Shown: positions 1 through 12,760 of the stretch, piece by piece | How the letters are laid out: each line of letters begins with the position of its first letter | How positions within the stretch are numbered: position 1 is the first letter of the stretch | Assembly: GCF_009914755.1 (NCBI RefSeq) | Contig: NC_060933.1 | Source: the human T2T-CHM13v2.0 reference genome, Homo sapiens | Length of the DNA stretch: 64,000 nucleotides | Strand: one strand, 5' to 3' | The notes under the pieces: model-generated | Database searches by the model: none | Told to the model about the DNA's origin: nothing | Seen by the model: only the letters and a program-made list of their open reading frames with translations | Translations under genes and position numbers: made by a program

Positions 1-2861
1 TTGGTTTTGGGTTCTTGGTCATGAAGTCCTTGCCTAAGCCAGTGTCTAGAAGGGTTTTTCCAATGTTATCTTCTAGAATTTTTATAGTTTCTCCTCTTAG
101 ATTTAAGTCCTTAATCCATCTTGAGTTGATTTTTGTATAAAGTGAGAGATGAGGATCCAGTTTCATTCTCCTACATGTGGCTAGCCAATTATCCCAGCAC
201 CATTTGTTGAAAAGGGTGTCCTTTCCCCACTTCATGTTTTGTTTGCTTTGCCAAAGATCAATTGGCTATAAGTATTTGGGTATATTTCTGGGTTCTCTAT
301 TCTGTTCCATTGGTATATATGCCTATTTTTATACCAGTACTATGCTGTTTTGGTGAGGAACAGCATAGTACAGTTTGAAATCAGATAGTGTGATTGTAGT
401 AGTCTGTTTTCACACTACTGATAAAGACGTACCTGAGACTGGGCAATTTACAAAAGCAAGAGGTTTAATTGGACTTATAGTTCCAGGTGGCTGGGGAAGC
501 CTCACAATCATGGCAGAAGGCAAGGAGGAGAAAGTCCTGTTTTACATGGATGGCAACAGGCAAAAAGAGAAGGAGGAAGACACAAAAGCGGAAACCCCTG
601 GTAAACCATTAGATCTCATGAGACATTCACTACCACAAGAACAGTATGGGGGAAACTGCCCACGTGATTCAATTATCTCCCACCAGACCCCTCCCACAGT
701 ACATGGGAATTATGGGAGTACAATTCAAGATGAGATTTGGGTGGGGACACAGAGCTGAACCATATCAGTGATGTCCTCAGAGTTATTATTTTTGCTTAGT
801 CTTGCTTTAGCTATCTGGGCTCTTTTTTGGTTCCATTTGAACTTTAGAATTGTTCTTTCTAATTCTGTGAAGCATGATGGTGGTATTTTGATGCAGATTG
901 CATTAAATTTGTAGATTGCTTTTGGCAGTATGGTCATTTTCACAATGTTGATTCTTCCCATCCATGAGCATGGGATGTGTTTCCATTTGTTTGTGTCGTC
1001 TACGATTTCTTTCAGCAGTGTTTTGTAGTTTTCCTTGTAGAGGTCTTTTGCCTCCTTTGTTAGGTATATTCCTAAGTACTTTATTTTTTTGCGGCTATTT
1101 TAAAAGGGGTTGGGTTCTTGATTTGATTCTCCACTGGTCGCTGTTGATGTATGGAAGAGCTACTGATCTGTGTACATTAATCTTGTATCTGGAAACTTTG
1201 CTGAATTCCTTTATCGGTTCTAGGAGATTTCTGGAGGAGTCCTTAGGGTTTTTGAAGTAAATGATCATATCATCAGCAAACAATGATGGTTTGACTCCCT
1301 CTTTGCCAGTTTTGGATAACCTTTATTTCTTTCTCTTCTCTGATTGTTTTGGCAAGGACTTCCAGTACTATGTTGAAGAGGAGTGGTGAGAGTGGGCATC
1401 CTTGTCTTGTTCCAGTTCTCAGAGGGACAGCTTTCAACTTTTCCCCATTCAGTATTACGTTGGCTGTGGGTTTGTCATAGGTGGCTTTTATTACATTAAG
1501 GTATGTCCTTTGTATGCCAATTTTGCTGGGAGTTTTAATCTTAAAGCAATCCTGGATATTGTCCAATGCTTTTTCTGCATCTATTGAGATGAGCATGCGA
1601 TTTCTGTTTCAAATTCTGTTTATGTGGTGTATCACATTTATTGACTCGTGTACGTTAAACTATCCCTGCATCCCTGGTATGAAACCCACTTGATCATGGT
1701 GGATTATCTTTTTGATATGTTGTTGAGTTTGGTTAGCTAGTATTTTGTTAAGGATTTTAGTGTCTGTGTTCATGAGGGGTATCAGTCTGTAGTTTTCTTT
1801 TTTGGTTATGTCCTTTGCTGGTTTTGGTATTAGGGTGATGCTGGCTTCCCAGAATGAATTAGGGAGGGTTCCCTCTTTCTCTATCTTGTGGGATAGTGTC
1901 AAAAGTAATGCTACCAATCCTTTGAGTACCAATTCTGGTAGAATTCTGCTGTGAATACATCTGGTCCTGGACTTTTTCTGTTGGTAATTTTTAAATTACC
2001 ATTTCAATCTCGCTACTTGTCATTGGTCTGTTCAGGGTATCTAATTCTTCCTGATTTAGGCTACGAGGGTTGTATTTTTCCAGGAATTTATCCATCTCTG
2101 CCAGGTTTTCTAGTTTATGTGCGTAAAGGTGTTCATAGTAGCCTTGAATGATCTTTTGTATTTCTGTGGTGTCAGTTGTAATATCTGCCATTTCATTTCT
2201 TAATGAGGTTATTTGGATTTTCTCTCTTCTTTTCTTGGTTAATCTTGCTAATGGTCTATCAATTTTATTTATCTTTTCAAAGAACCACTCTTGTTTTATT
2301 TATCTTTTGTATTGTTTTTTGTTTGTTTGTTTCAATTTCATTTAGTTCTGCTCTGATCTTGGTGATTTCCCTTAACACTGCCTTTGCTGTATCCCAGAGG
2401 TTTTGATAGGTGATGTCATTATTGTCGTTTGGTTCAAAGAATTTTTAAATTTTCATCTTGATATCATTTTTGACCCAATGCTCATTCAGGAGCCAGTTAT
2501 TTAATTTCCATGTATTTGCATAGTTTTGAAGATTCCTTTTTAGAGTTGATTTCCGGTTTTATTCCACTCTGGTCTGAGAGACTGCTTGATACAATTTCAG
2601 TTTTCTTAATTTATTGAGGCTCATTCTATGGCTCGTCATAGTCTACCTTGGAGAAAGTTCCCTGCACTGTTGAATAGAATGTGTATTCTGTGGTTGTTGG
2701 ATGGAATGTTCTGTATGTATCTGTTAAGCCCATTTTTTCCAAGGTATAGTTTAAATCCATTGTTCTTTTGTTGACTTTCTGTCTTGATGACCTGTCTAGT
2801 GCTGTTAGTGGAGTATTGAAGTCCCCCACTATTATTGTATTGCTGTCTGTCTCATTTCTTA
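1..2861 (-). mobile_element. LINE-1 (L1PB-like) ORF2 remnant, 5'-truncated, runs off the window start, interrupted by an LTR at 395-767
   Basis: Minus-strand ORFs translate to decayed L1 ORF2 segments: endonuclease (TIIVGDFNTPLTALDRSSRQK), [29 protein letters not shown] and the RT motif FADDMIIY. Frameshifts and internal deletions are present, for example near 2370. Confidence 0.95.
395..767 (-). mobile_element. THE1-family (MaLR) solo LTR nested in the L1
   Basis: The minus strand begins TGATATGGTTCAGCTCTGTGTCCCCACCCAAATCTCATCTTGAATTG and ends ...ACA. There is a perfect 5-bp TSD GTGAT at 390-394 and 768-772, and the L1 sequence is continuous across it. Confidence 0.95.
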
Positions 2862-3364
2862 GTTTAGACACAGTCTTTAACGTAATATTTTCACTATGCC
2901 ATATTATGTTCTTTAATTTTTTTCTCTTCCTCATGGTTGACCAGCTTATTAAGTCCAGTGAGCACCTAATTGAAGCTAAAGAATTGCGACTTCCTGCATG
3001 CCTAATGATTCTCATGTTTGTCTCAATTGTTAGGTTTATGAGACTCATGCTTATTACTGAGATAGCAGTACTTTTTTTCTCATTTTCTAATCTTTTTTCC
3101 CTACATGATGAGTACAAAATGCAATTTGAATTTTTGAAATAATTCTCCAAAGACTTTTGTAAGTAAAGATGGCAGTGCTATTGAAACTGAATTTTTGGCT
3201 GACAGCCAGTGGAATTATGTGCTGGCTAAAAATGGTCATTTGTTAGGGGGAAAGATATACAAACACCTGATTTCAGGGTTCATGAGAGAGGAATAGGGGT
3301 ATCAGTGTACAATGTACTGAACAGAATTATGCTGAAAATTCAAATATAAAAGTCAAGGACCATA

Positions 3365-4133
3365 ATGCTAAAACAAGAAATTAAAGGCATGAGAATTGGA
3401 AAGGAAGAAACACAACTTTTTATTTATAGACAATTTGATTTTTATAGGGAGAAAATCCGCAGAATCTACAAAAAAAAGCTACTAGAACATGAATGAGCTT
3501 AGCAAGATTGCAAGATATAAAATCAATATACAAAAATCAGTTATGTTTCTGTATACTAGTAATGGACAACTGGAAAATGAAATTTTAAGAAGATCAGTTT
3601 CATGTACAATAACATCAAAAAGAATAAAAGTCTTAAGAATACATTTAACATGAGAACTATACACTGAAAACTACAGTGTTGCTGAGAGAAATTTATAAAA
3701 CTAAATTAATGCAATATATACCATGTTTATTAATTAGGAGACCCAATATTGGTAATTCTTTTCATAATCATGTACAGATTCAACATAATCTCTATCAAAA
3801 TCCCAGTAGGCTTTTTGGGGGTAGAAAGTGACAAACTGGCCCTAAAATTTATATGGAAATGCAAATGACCTATAGAATATCCTAGTGTGGAGAAACAACA
3901 AAATCAGAGGATTCACCCATCTTGATTTCAAAACTCACTGTAAATTGACGTAAGATAGATGCATAGATCAGTAGTGCAGAAGCAAAAGTCAAGAAATAAA
4001 CCCTCATATATGTGGTCAGTTGATTTTCATAAAAGGTGTTAAGGTAATAGGGAAAGGATGATTTTTTTTTTAAATGGTGCTGAAACAATTAGATTTGTGT
4101 ATGCAGATTATGACCCTTGACCTTTACAGCACT

Positions 4134-4177
<44 letters not shown>

Positions 4178-5145
4178 CAATCAAAATGGACCGTAAGCTT
4201 AAATGTGTGAGCTAAAACTATAAAACTTTCAGAAGAATAATAGAAGATTATATCATCTTGGGTTAGGGAAAAAAATTTTTATATATGATGCAAAAGTTAT
4301 GGACAACTAAAAGAAAAAAGAAGACACCATTAAGAAAATGAAAAGGCAAGCAACAGACTAGAAGCAAATATTTGCAAAGTAATTATCTAACAAAGGGCTT
4401 TAACCAAAATATTTAAAGAAATCTTACAACTCAACAATAAGAAGATAAGCAATTCAGTTAAAAATGAGCACAAGATTTGAATAGACACCTTACCAAAGAA
4501 GATATACAAATGGCAAATAAGCACATGAAAAAATGTTCAGCTTGATTCACCACTTGGGAAATATAAATTAAGACAATAATAAGATTTTACTCCCCAACCA
4601 CTAGCTAGCATGGCTAAAATTAAGAAGGCTGATAGTATCAAAGTGTTGGCAAGTATGTAGACAAACTGGAATCTCATACATTGCTGATTGGAATGTAAAA
4701 TACCATAGCCACTTCGGAGCAGTTTGGCATTTGTTTATAAGTTAAACGTACACTTGCCATCTGACCTATCCTACCTTCACATAAAATGGATGGATAAATA
4801 AAATACGGCGTATCCATGCAATGGAGTACTATTCAGCGATGAAAAAGAATGAGCTATTGATACATTTAACAGCATTGAGGAATCCAAAAAATGTTACGTG
4901 GACAGAAGCTAGACACAAGAGACTACGTATTTTATGATTCTGTTTATATGAAATTTCTAGAAAAGGCAACATGATAGAGACAGGAAGCAGCTAAGAGGTT
5001 ACTTGGGCCTGGAAGATGGGAGCAGGGATTGATTACAAAGGATATGAAGGAGCTTCTCAGAGTGATGAGAGTGTTCTTAAACATCATTGAGTTGTTTACT
5101 TATAATAGATAAATTTGATGGTAGGTAAATTATACCTCAATACCT
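3365..5145 (+). mobile_element. Old LINE-1 (L1MB/L1MC-like) ORF2 3' part and 3' UTR
   Basis: Decayed L1 motifs are present (aaaggcatgagaattggaaaggaagaa, aaaatcaatatacaaaaatcag, caatggagtactattcagc). The L1M-type 3' end reads ...gtaaattatacctcaata. Boundaries are approximate. Confidence 0.8.
4138..4176. repeat. (CA)n microsatellite
   Basis: Uninterrupted CA run seen directly. Confidence 0.97.
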
Positions 5146-6044
5146 AAAACAGATGCAAGTTTCCCATAACCCAACACACAGTAGGTCTTCAATAAATGTT
5201 AATTTCCTGTAGTCTTTTTATGACGTTCATCCTGAGAACAGTTATATCAACAAGATACTCAAGATCCGGATTAATGTGGAATAGACTTAGCAATTGGTTC
5301 CAAACAGGGATTCACTTTTTTTCCCAGTAAAATAGTGCATTGCTCATTATATTCTTCTACAAATAGCATTAGGTGATTTGTGTGGTGGGGAGAATCTACA
5401 GAATAAACTATAAGACACGTAGAATGTATTTTCAGTTAAAGGATTTCATTAAAAAGAACTGAACATTCAAAACTGGACTTCTGAATTCTGCCTGCAAAGG
5501 TTATAAACCTCAGGAACATCTGTAAAGATGTCAGACTATATCATCCACGGACTGGACAGAATCCTGGTACCAGCAAGAAAGGTCCTTAAAGTCAAATATA
5601 CCATTCCTTTTAAGAACCAAAATCTCCAGTGCAGTCGATTTAGGCTGCATGTTTATCCTCAGAAGCCAGAGTGCAAAAGGGATAACCATCAGAACCCTCA
5701 TTTTATAGGTGATAAACACAATCTTTCCTCCTAGATCTTTATCTTTGTTACTAGTGAGCGAGGCATCACTTGTAATCTCTTAGGATCTAAAGGAAACAGT
5801 GCAGGTTATTTGAAATTTTATTTTTTTATCCTGTGACTCCCTGTCTGTTTTTAATCTCAGTGGGTCCTCTAGAAGGTTGACTAGTGTAGTCTCTCCCTCC
5901 TCTCCCCCTCCCCTTTACTTCCCTCTCCCTTCCTTCACTCCCTGCATTCTCTGTCCCCCAACATTCTACCCCCCAACACACATAATGAATTATTTATCAG
6001 TAATGCCCTTTATTAGCAATACTGTTGAAAGATGAAGACAACAT

Positions 6045-6203
6045 TTTTTCTTTTTTGAGTCAGGGTCTTGCTCTGTTGCCCAGGCTGAGGTGCAATGGCG
6101 CAATCATAGCTCACTGCATCTTCAAACTCCTAGGCTCAAGCAATCCTCCCACCTTGGCTTCCCAAAGTACAGGAATTGCAGGTGTGAGCCACTGTGCCCA
6201 GCC
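6045..6203 (-). mobile_element. Alu monomer (FRAM-like)
   Basis: A single Alu arm of about 160 bp with a T-tail. TSD AAGACAACAT at 6035-6044 and 6205-6214. Confidence 0.85.
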
Positions 6204-8110
6204 TAAGACAACATCTTTAGGAACCTTAAAGTCATGAAGAAAAACAAACCTTGCACTTCTCACATTTAAAAAATACACACACTGTTTTTAAAAGAAAGTT
6301 TATATGCAATACCTTGTTAGTGTTCTTTATGGTTCTGAACTCTCTTTGCTAGTTTAAGGAACATAAAAATATATTATCTCTAACTTGGTCCGCTCGTAAA
6401 ATTGTCATGTTCAGTATATTAAATTTAGAAGGATAGTCTATTCAGGCAATACACATTCACTAATTGAATTTACTTTGAAATGTTTTTAATTTTTTATATA
6501 AATGGAGCCTTAAGCAGTTGAACTCTTAAGAAACTCATATCTTACTTTTTGCCAGTTTGGGGAAAACAGCAAAACATTAAGCTCAGAAGGAATCATCAAC
6601 TTTTTAGTTATTCTAATAAAATTGCTGAGTTTTTTGGACTAGTGAAATCCACAGTGGCCAAAAAAGTCACTTAGGACATTTGTTTCCAGAAAAGGAAATG
6701 AGAAATAAACGAAGAATCTTTCTCCAAAGATTCTTCCCAAATAAATCATAAGAAGAATTTTTCCCAAATCATAAAACACACCTTTGGCCACATTTTTTTT
6801 TGGATTGCTTTTTATTTCTGAACTAAATGCTAGCAGCTTTAGCTTTATCAACAGCAATGATTTCTGCAAGCTGAAGGCTTCTCTAGAAGACTATGCCATT
6901 TCGTTTCTGCTTTCCCTCATGCAGTTCTGCTTCTTGGTTTGTTAACTATAGCTCTGTCTCTTCCGTGTGTTGTAGAAGACAGAGAAACCAGAATTAGATG
7001 AGCAAGAGGTGTGACCGTTTTTCAGAGGGGTGTGTCTGGCAAAACCTTAAACAGTATTTCTCAAATAGACATTTGAAGATGTTCTTTACCTGTGCCTTCG
7101 AAACCATCCACTAAACTCCCCAGTCAAAATTCTTTGTCCCAGATTCAAAGCTTCCATAGAACTTTTCTCTTTCCTTTCTTAAGGCAGATTTATTTATCTC
7201 ACCTTTCTTTCAAAATCTAACCTAGTGCCCAGCATACAGTAAAGCCTCAGGAATTGTTTGTTAAATAAATCAATAAATGAAATCAACTTTTCAAATATGA
7301 AATTTTAAGTATCCTGTTCAAATAAGCAAAATGTGGTAGCATCCATTAGCATCTTTTCCCTCTGTATTTTGGGTCCAGGAGATTGACAGCTGCTTAACTG
7401 GCCAGCCACAAAGCTCTGAGCCTTTCTTAATTATGTCTTTCACCTAGCTTCCTTGAGTACTTGTGTCTGAAGTTATGCTGAGTGTCTCCAAATAAGTGAT
7501 TTTGTCTGGACTTTTGCTAAGTTAGGTATGATGGAAATATGTTTTCTGATTGTGACACAGTGATTGCAAAAGAAAGTAGATACCTTCCTTGACTTCTGTG
7601 CTCTATATCCTTCTGGGTACTCTATGATTCTTTGTTTTTAATATTCTTAGGCTTTTATTTTGAAAAAAATTCGGAAAGGATGCTACTGTTCTATCCCATC
7701 ACATTTTGCAACATAACGTTATTGTTAATACTTTTTCTTTCTCATTCCTGTGTTCAGCCAGTATAGCCATGGTAGTTTTGACATATTTTGTGAGTAATTT
7801 TGCATTTCTGCAGATGATTTGCATTATAATGGGAAAAGCTTGAGCTGTGTCATGTGGAGATCTGAGTCCTAACTAATCCTGGCTTCATCACCTACCTGTT
7901 TTGTGATCTTCATCTACAAATATAGAAGGCAACACATTTACTGCACAATGGTCGTAAGGGATAAGTGATACATGTAAAAACTACTGGGGGCATTTTTAGC
8001 ACTTAATAGTTACTTGGTAAGTATTGAAACAAAATCATTTAGAAAGTGCCTACTTTTATTCTCTCATTAACAAGCAACTTTATTTCATGGGATGCAAATC
8101 TTATGGCAAT

Positions 8111-9060
8111 TTTTTTATTATTATTATACTTTAAGTTCTAGGGTACATGTGCACAACGTGCAGGTTTGTCACATAGGTATGCATGTGCCATGTTGGTGTG
8201 CTGCACCCATTAACTCGTCATTTACATTAGGTATATCTCCTAATGCTATCCCTTCCCTCTACCCCTACCCCATGACAGGCCCCAGTGTGTGATGTTCCCC
8301 ACCCTGTGTCCAAGTGGTCTCATTGTTCAATTCCCACCTATGAGTGAGAACATGCAGTGTTTGGTTTTCTGTCCTTGTGATAGTTTGCTCAGAATGATGG
8401 TTTCCAGCTTCATCCATGTCCCTACAAAGGACATGAACTCATCCTTTTTTATGGCTGCATAGTATTCCATGGTGTATATGTGCCACATTTTCTTAATCCA
8501 GTCTATCATTGATGGACATTTGGGTTGGTTCCAAGTCTTTGCTGTTGTGAATAGTGCCACAATAAACATACGTGTGCATGTGTCTTTATAGCAGCATGAT
8601 TTGTAATCCTTTGGGTATATACCCAGTAATGGGATGGGTGGGTCAAATGGTACTTCTAGTTCTAGATCCTTGAGGAATCACCACAGTCTTCCACAATGGT
8701 TGAAGTAGTTTACAGTCCCACCAACAGTGTAAAAGTGTTCCTATTTCTCCACAACCTCTCCAGCACCTGTTGTTTCCTGACTTTTTAATGATCGCCATTC
8801 TAACTGGTGTGAGATGGTATCTCATTGTGGTTTTGATTTGCATTTCTCTGATGGCCAGTGATGATGAGCATTTTTTCATGTGTCTGTTGGCTGCATAAAT
8901 GTCTTCTTTTGAGAAGTGTCTGTTCATATCCTTTGCCCACTTTTTGATGGGGTTGTTTGATTTTTTTCTTGTAAATTTGTTTAAGTTCTTTGTAGATTCT
9001 GGATATTAACCCTTTGTCAGATGGGTAGATTGTAAAAATTTTCTCCTGTTCTATAGGTTG
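8111..9060 (-). mobile_element. L1PA (primate-specific) 5'-truncated 3' end, about 950 bp
   Basis: Canonical L1PA 3' UTR (ttatactttaagttctagggtacatgtgcacaacgtgcagg) and ORF2 C-terminal translations ([14 protein letters not shown]..., KTWNQPKCPS...). There is a 13-bp TSD ATCTTATGGCAAT at 8098-8110 and 9061-9073. Confidence 0.96.
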
Positions 9061-9399
9061 ATCTTATGGCAATATTATGAAGTCTTTATACCTTATGATC
9101 TCTCATGGGTTTTCATGTTACTGGTAAATTCAAATAGCATTTATTGTGTGTCAAGTGTATGACTCTGCACTGAGCCTATAAAGCTAAGTAAGAAATGGTT
9201 GCTACCCTGGAAGAGTTTATAAGCAACTAGGTGAGACAAGTTTAAACAAAGAAGCACAATTCAGCATGTTACTTGCTTGATAAGAGGTAGTTTTAAAATT
9301 GGAGAGGAGCACAGTGCACAACAAATATAGTTTCATGGCTCAGGTTCCATAGAACTTCAATACTGCCTAACTGGTTTGTTTGGCTGAATATCTTTTCTT

Positions 9400-9835
9400 T
9401 CTTTCCCCCCCCAGCTTTATTGAGGTATAATTGATAAATGAAATTGTACATATGTAAGGTGTACAATGTGATGGTTTGATATATGTGAAGAAAAGGGGAA
9501 CCCTTGTGCACTGTTGATAGGAATGTAAATTGGGAGAGCCATTAGAGAAAACAGCACGAAAGCTCCTCAGAAAATTAAAGATAGAACTACCATATGATAC
9601 AGCAATCCCACTTCTGGATATTTAACTAAAGGAAACAAAATCAGTGTCTCAAAGAGCTACTGCACTCCCATGTTCCCTGCAACAGTATTCACAATAGAAT
9701 AGCCAAGACATGGAAGCAGCCTAACTATCCATTGATGGATGAATTTTTTAAAAAGTGGTACATAAACACACAATGGAATATTATTCAGCCATGGAAAACA
9801 GACATTCTACCATTTGGGACTGTATGGACAAACTT
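9400..9835 (-). mobile_element. Old L1MA-like element with an internal inversion (3' end on minus ~9400-9486, upstream segment on plus ~9487-9835)
   Basis: cagctttattgaggtataattga is an antisense L1M 3' end. It is joined to sense-oriented gaaaaggggaacccttgtgcactgttg...caatggaatattattcagcc. A degenerate 15-bp direct repeat (13/15 identical) flanks it at 9385-9399 and 9836-9850. Confidence 0.75.
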
Positions 9836-10057
9836 TGAATATCCTTCCTTGAAGCTTTTACAAGAACTCTAATTGAGGTGCTCTTATCTGAGAATTCAAG
9901 ATTTTTTTACCTGCACTTTTGACCATCTTGCTGTAAGAAATCGTAGAGACAATACTTTGCTGAATCTTTGTCCCACTGTTTTCTTTCCCTCATTCCCATT
10001 CTGATTTTTAAGGACAGGCAAAGAAGATCTGTCTGTTGAGTAGACCACTTGGTACGT

Positions 10058-10381
10058 TAGGGGTTGGCAAACTATGATGCATGGACCAAATCTAGTCCAC
10101 CTCCTTTTTTATATGGTCCACTCTCTAAGGATGGTCTTGACATGTTTTAGTGATTGAAAAAGTATCAAAAAAATTGTAATGTGAAATATGAAATTCAGAT
10201 TTCACTTTCCCTAAATAAAGCTTTATTGGAATACAGCCATGGTCATCCATTGACTTATTGTTTATGGGTTGCTTCTGAGCTACAACAGCAGTTGAATAGT
10301 TGTAACAAAGACTATAGAGTCCAGAAAGCCTAAAAATATTTACTTATCTGGCCCTTTACACAAAAAGTTTACCAGCCTGTG
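10058..10381 (+). mobile_element. MER58B-like hAT-Charlie DNA transposon
   Basis: Starts taggggttggcaaacta. Contains aataaagctttattggaatacagccat and ends ctggccctttacacaaaaagttt. Confidence 0.8.
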
Positions 10382-10803
10382 TTATAAGTCATTCAAAATC
10401 TTCACAGCGCTGCACATTCTTTTTAACATCAACATGCAGTATTAGGTAATATGAGCATCCTGGTTGGGTGCCTCTTTTTGAAGCTACAAATGTTAAGTAA
10501 GAGGGGCAACCTTAGAGTTAAAAATTCTGGAAACATTAAGTGGACTTTCTCAATCTCAGTCTGTCCTATTTGATGCCTGCAATGTAATCTGAAGACAAGG
10601 GTTCCAGTTCCATTCTATCATTAGCAAGCACATTCATATCAGTCTTCTATCAGACTGGGTTTGCTATCCTAGTACAATATGAAAATGCATATTCAACTTG
10701 ATAATATTTGTAAATCACATATAATTATTATCACCTTAGAATATGCCAGAAGTATGGAAATACATGCTAAGACCAGATCTAAACCATTTTGCTGAATAGT
10801 TAA

Positions 10804-11202
<399 letters not shown>

Positions 11203-12139
11203 CTCATCTCACATTCTCATTAGACAGATGACTTCACCAAACTCTGGGTTAGTGGCCTTCACAGGGGACCTTGAGTGAATGGGCATTCACAGATAGCTTT
11301 CACAGGAATAAAGATCTGCATATAGGTTTCTAGTCTGAATTATTATGTATCTGAACAATCCACCCTTCAAGAACATATACGGCTTCTTTTGCCTGCAGAA
11401 AGAGCCTGGAAGGAGCCGGGTTCTAAATCTCAAACTCTTAAGCTTGCTCCTTCTCCCTTTGTTGTGGGCCTTTGGGGAAATGATAATAAACTGCTTCTCA
11501 TCTTTAGAGGAAACAAGTGTGTTTCTCTCAATATGTCATCTGCATCATCAAGGAGTTATTCAAATACCCACCAATCTCCGGGCCCAAAAAGTAGTGTAAT
11601 CAGTTCAAAATATATGGGAACTTTTATAAAGTCTATACCCTTTGACTTTGACCCTGTAATTTCACATCTGGAAATTTAGCCTATAAAATTAAAACTAAGC
11701 ATGAAAGAAAGGCTTAAATACAATAAGGTTTATTACTTTTTGTGACAAACATGTTTAATAGTGGAAAGCCAGAAATCATCTACCGTAAATTCATACGGGA
11801 ATGAATAGTCAAGTAAACTATCATATGCCTACTTGATGAAATGCTATGTAGTGATTAAAAATTATGTTTATTCAGAGAATGATGTGTACACTATGCCAGG
11901 CATGAAGAAGTTGGATATACACTTGTTTGTTTTAAAATGATAACAGCAATGTAAATAATCTACAGATAGAGAACAGGAATACAGAAATACATTAATTCAT
12001 TAACAGTTATTATGTATAGGTAGTTGGACTTTAAATGAGTTTTTCTTATTTTCATAAATTTTTTGTGAATGTTTATATAAAAGAAACTATTTTAAATGAA
12101 AATGAAGATATCCAGTAGCCAGGAGGCGAGAATAACACC

Positions 12140-12760
12140 CTCTCTTAATCTAGACACTGTGCTGGCCAGTGGGGGTTCAGCTGTAAGTAAGACTCACAGC
12201 AAGTCTGTCCTCATAGTTTGTAGTTGGACTGGGGAGGGGCAGGCCATAAACAATTCATTACTGAATGGGGTGAGCTCTTGAAGGCGGGGTGCAGAATGCT
12301 GTGAACACATGGAACAAGGATATCGAACACAGGAGGAGTTTAGGGAAGGTCTCCCAGAAGAAGTGACAGAAGCAGGGCTAGGAGATTAAGGACTCAACAC
12401 ATGAAGCCGGCAGGCATGAGAGAGTGTCAGACAGGTGAGATGGTGGAGGCATAGACTCCTCGAGGGCCTGACATATTCCAGGACCTCAGTAAGTTCAGGG
12501 TGGTGGGAGCAAGGGGGAGCCTAGAGAAGATGGGCCAGAATAACATGAGAGCCCGCCATGTAAACGACAGTTAAGAAATTTGTATTTCATCCTCAGGGCA
12601 AGCAGAGACTGACATGAAGAGACTTACATTTTGTTAAAGATTGCTTTGACCACACTAAAGAATCAGGTACAAGAAGGGACAAGAGTAGGTGCTAGGAGAC
12701 CAACATGGGAGGGGAAGGGGCTGGCAGTAATCCAGGTAAAAGATGATAATGGGCTCAGGA
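12140..12760. mobile_element. L2 fragment
   Basis: Purine-rich decayed L2-like sequence (tagacactgtgctgg..., agggaaggtctcccagaagaagtgaca, ggcagtaatccaggtaaaagatga). Boundaries are approximate. Confidence 0.6.

Noticed and set aside
725-3150. ORFs with reverse transcriptase and endonuclease motifs as a possible active or domesticated gene
   Set aside because: They are frameshifted, deleted and LTR-interrupted fragments of an ordinary dead L1.
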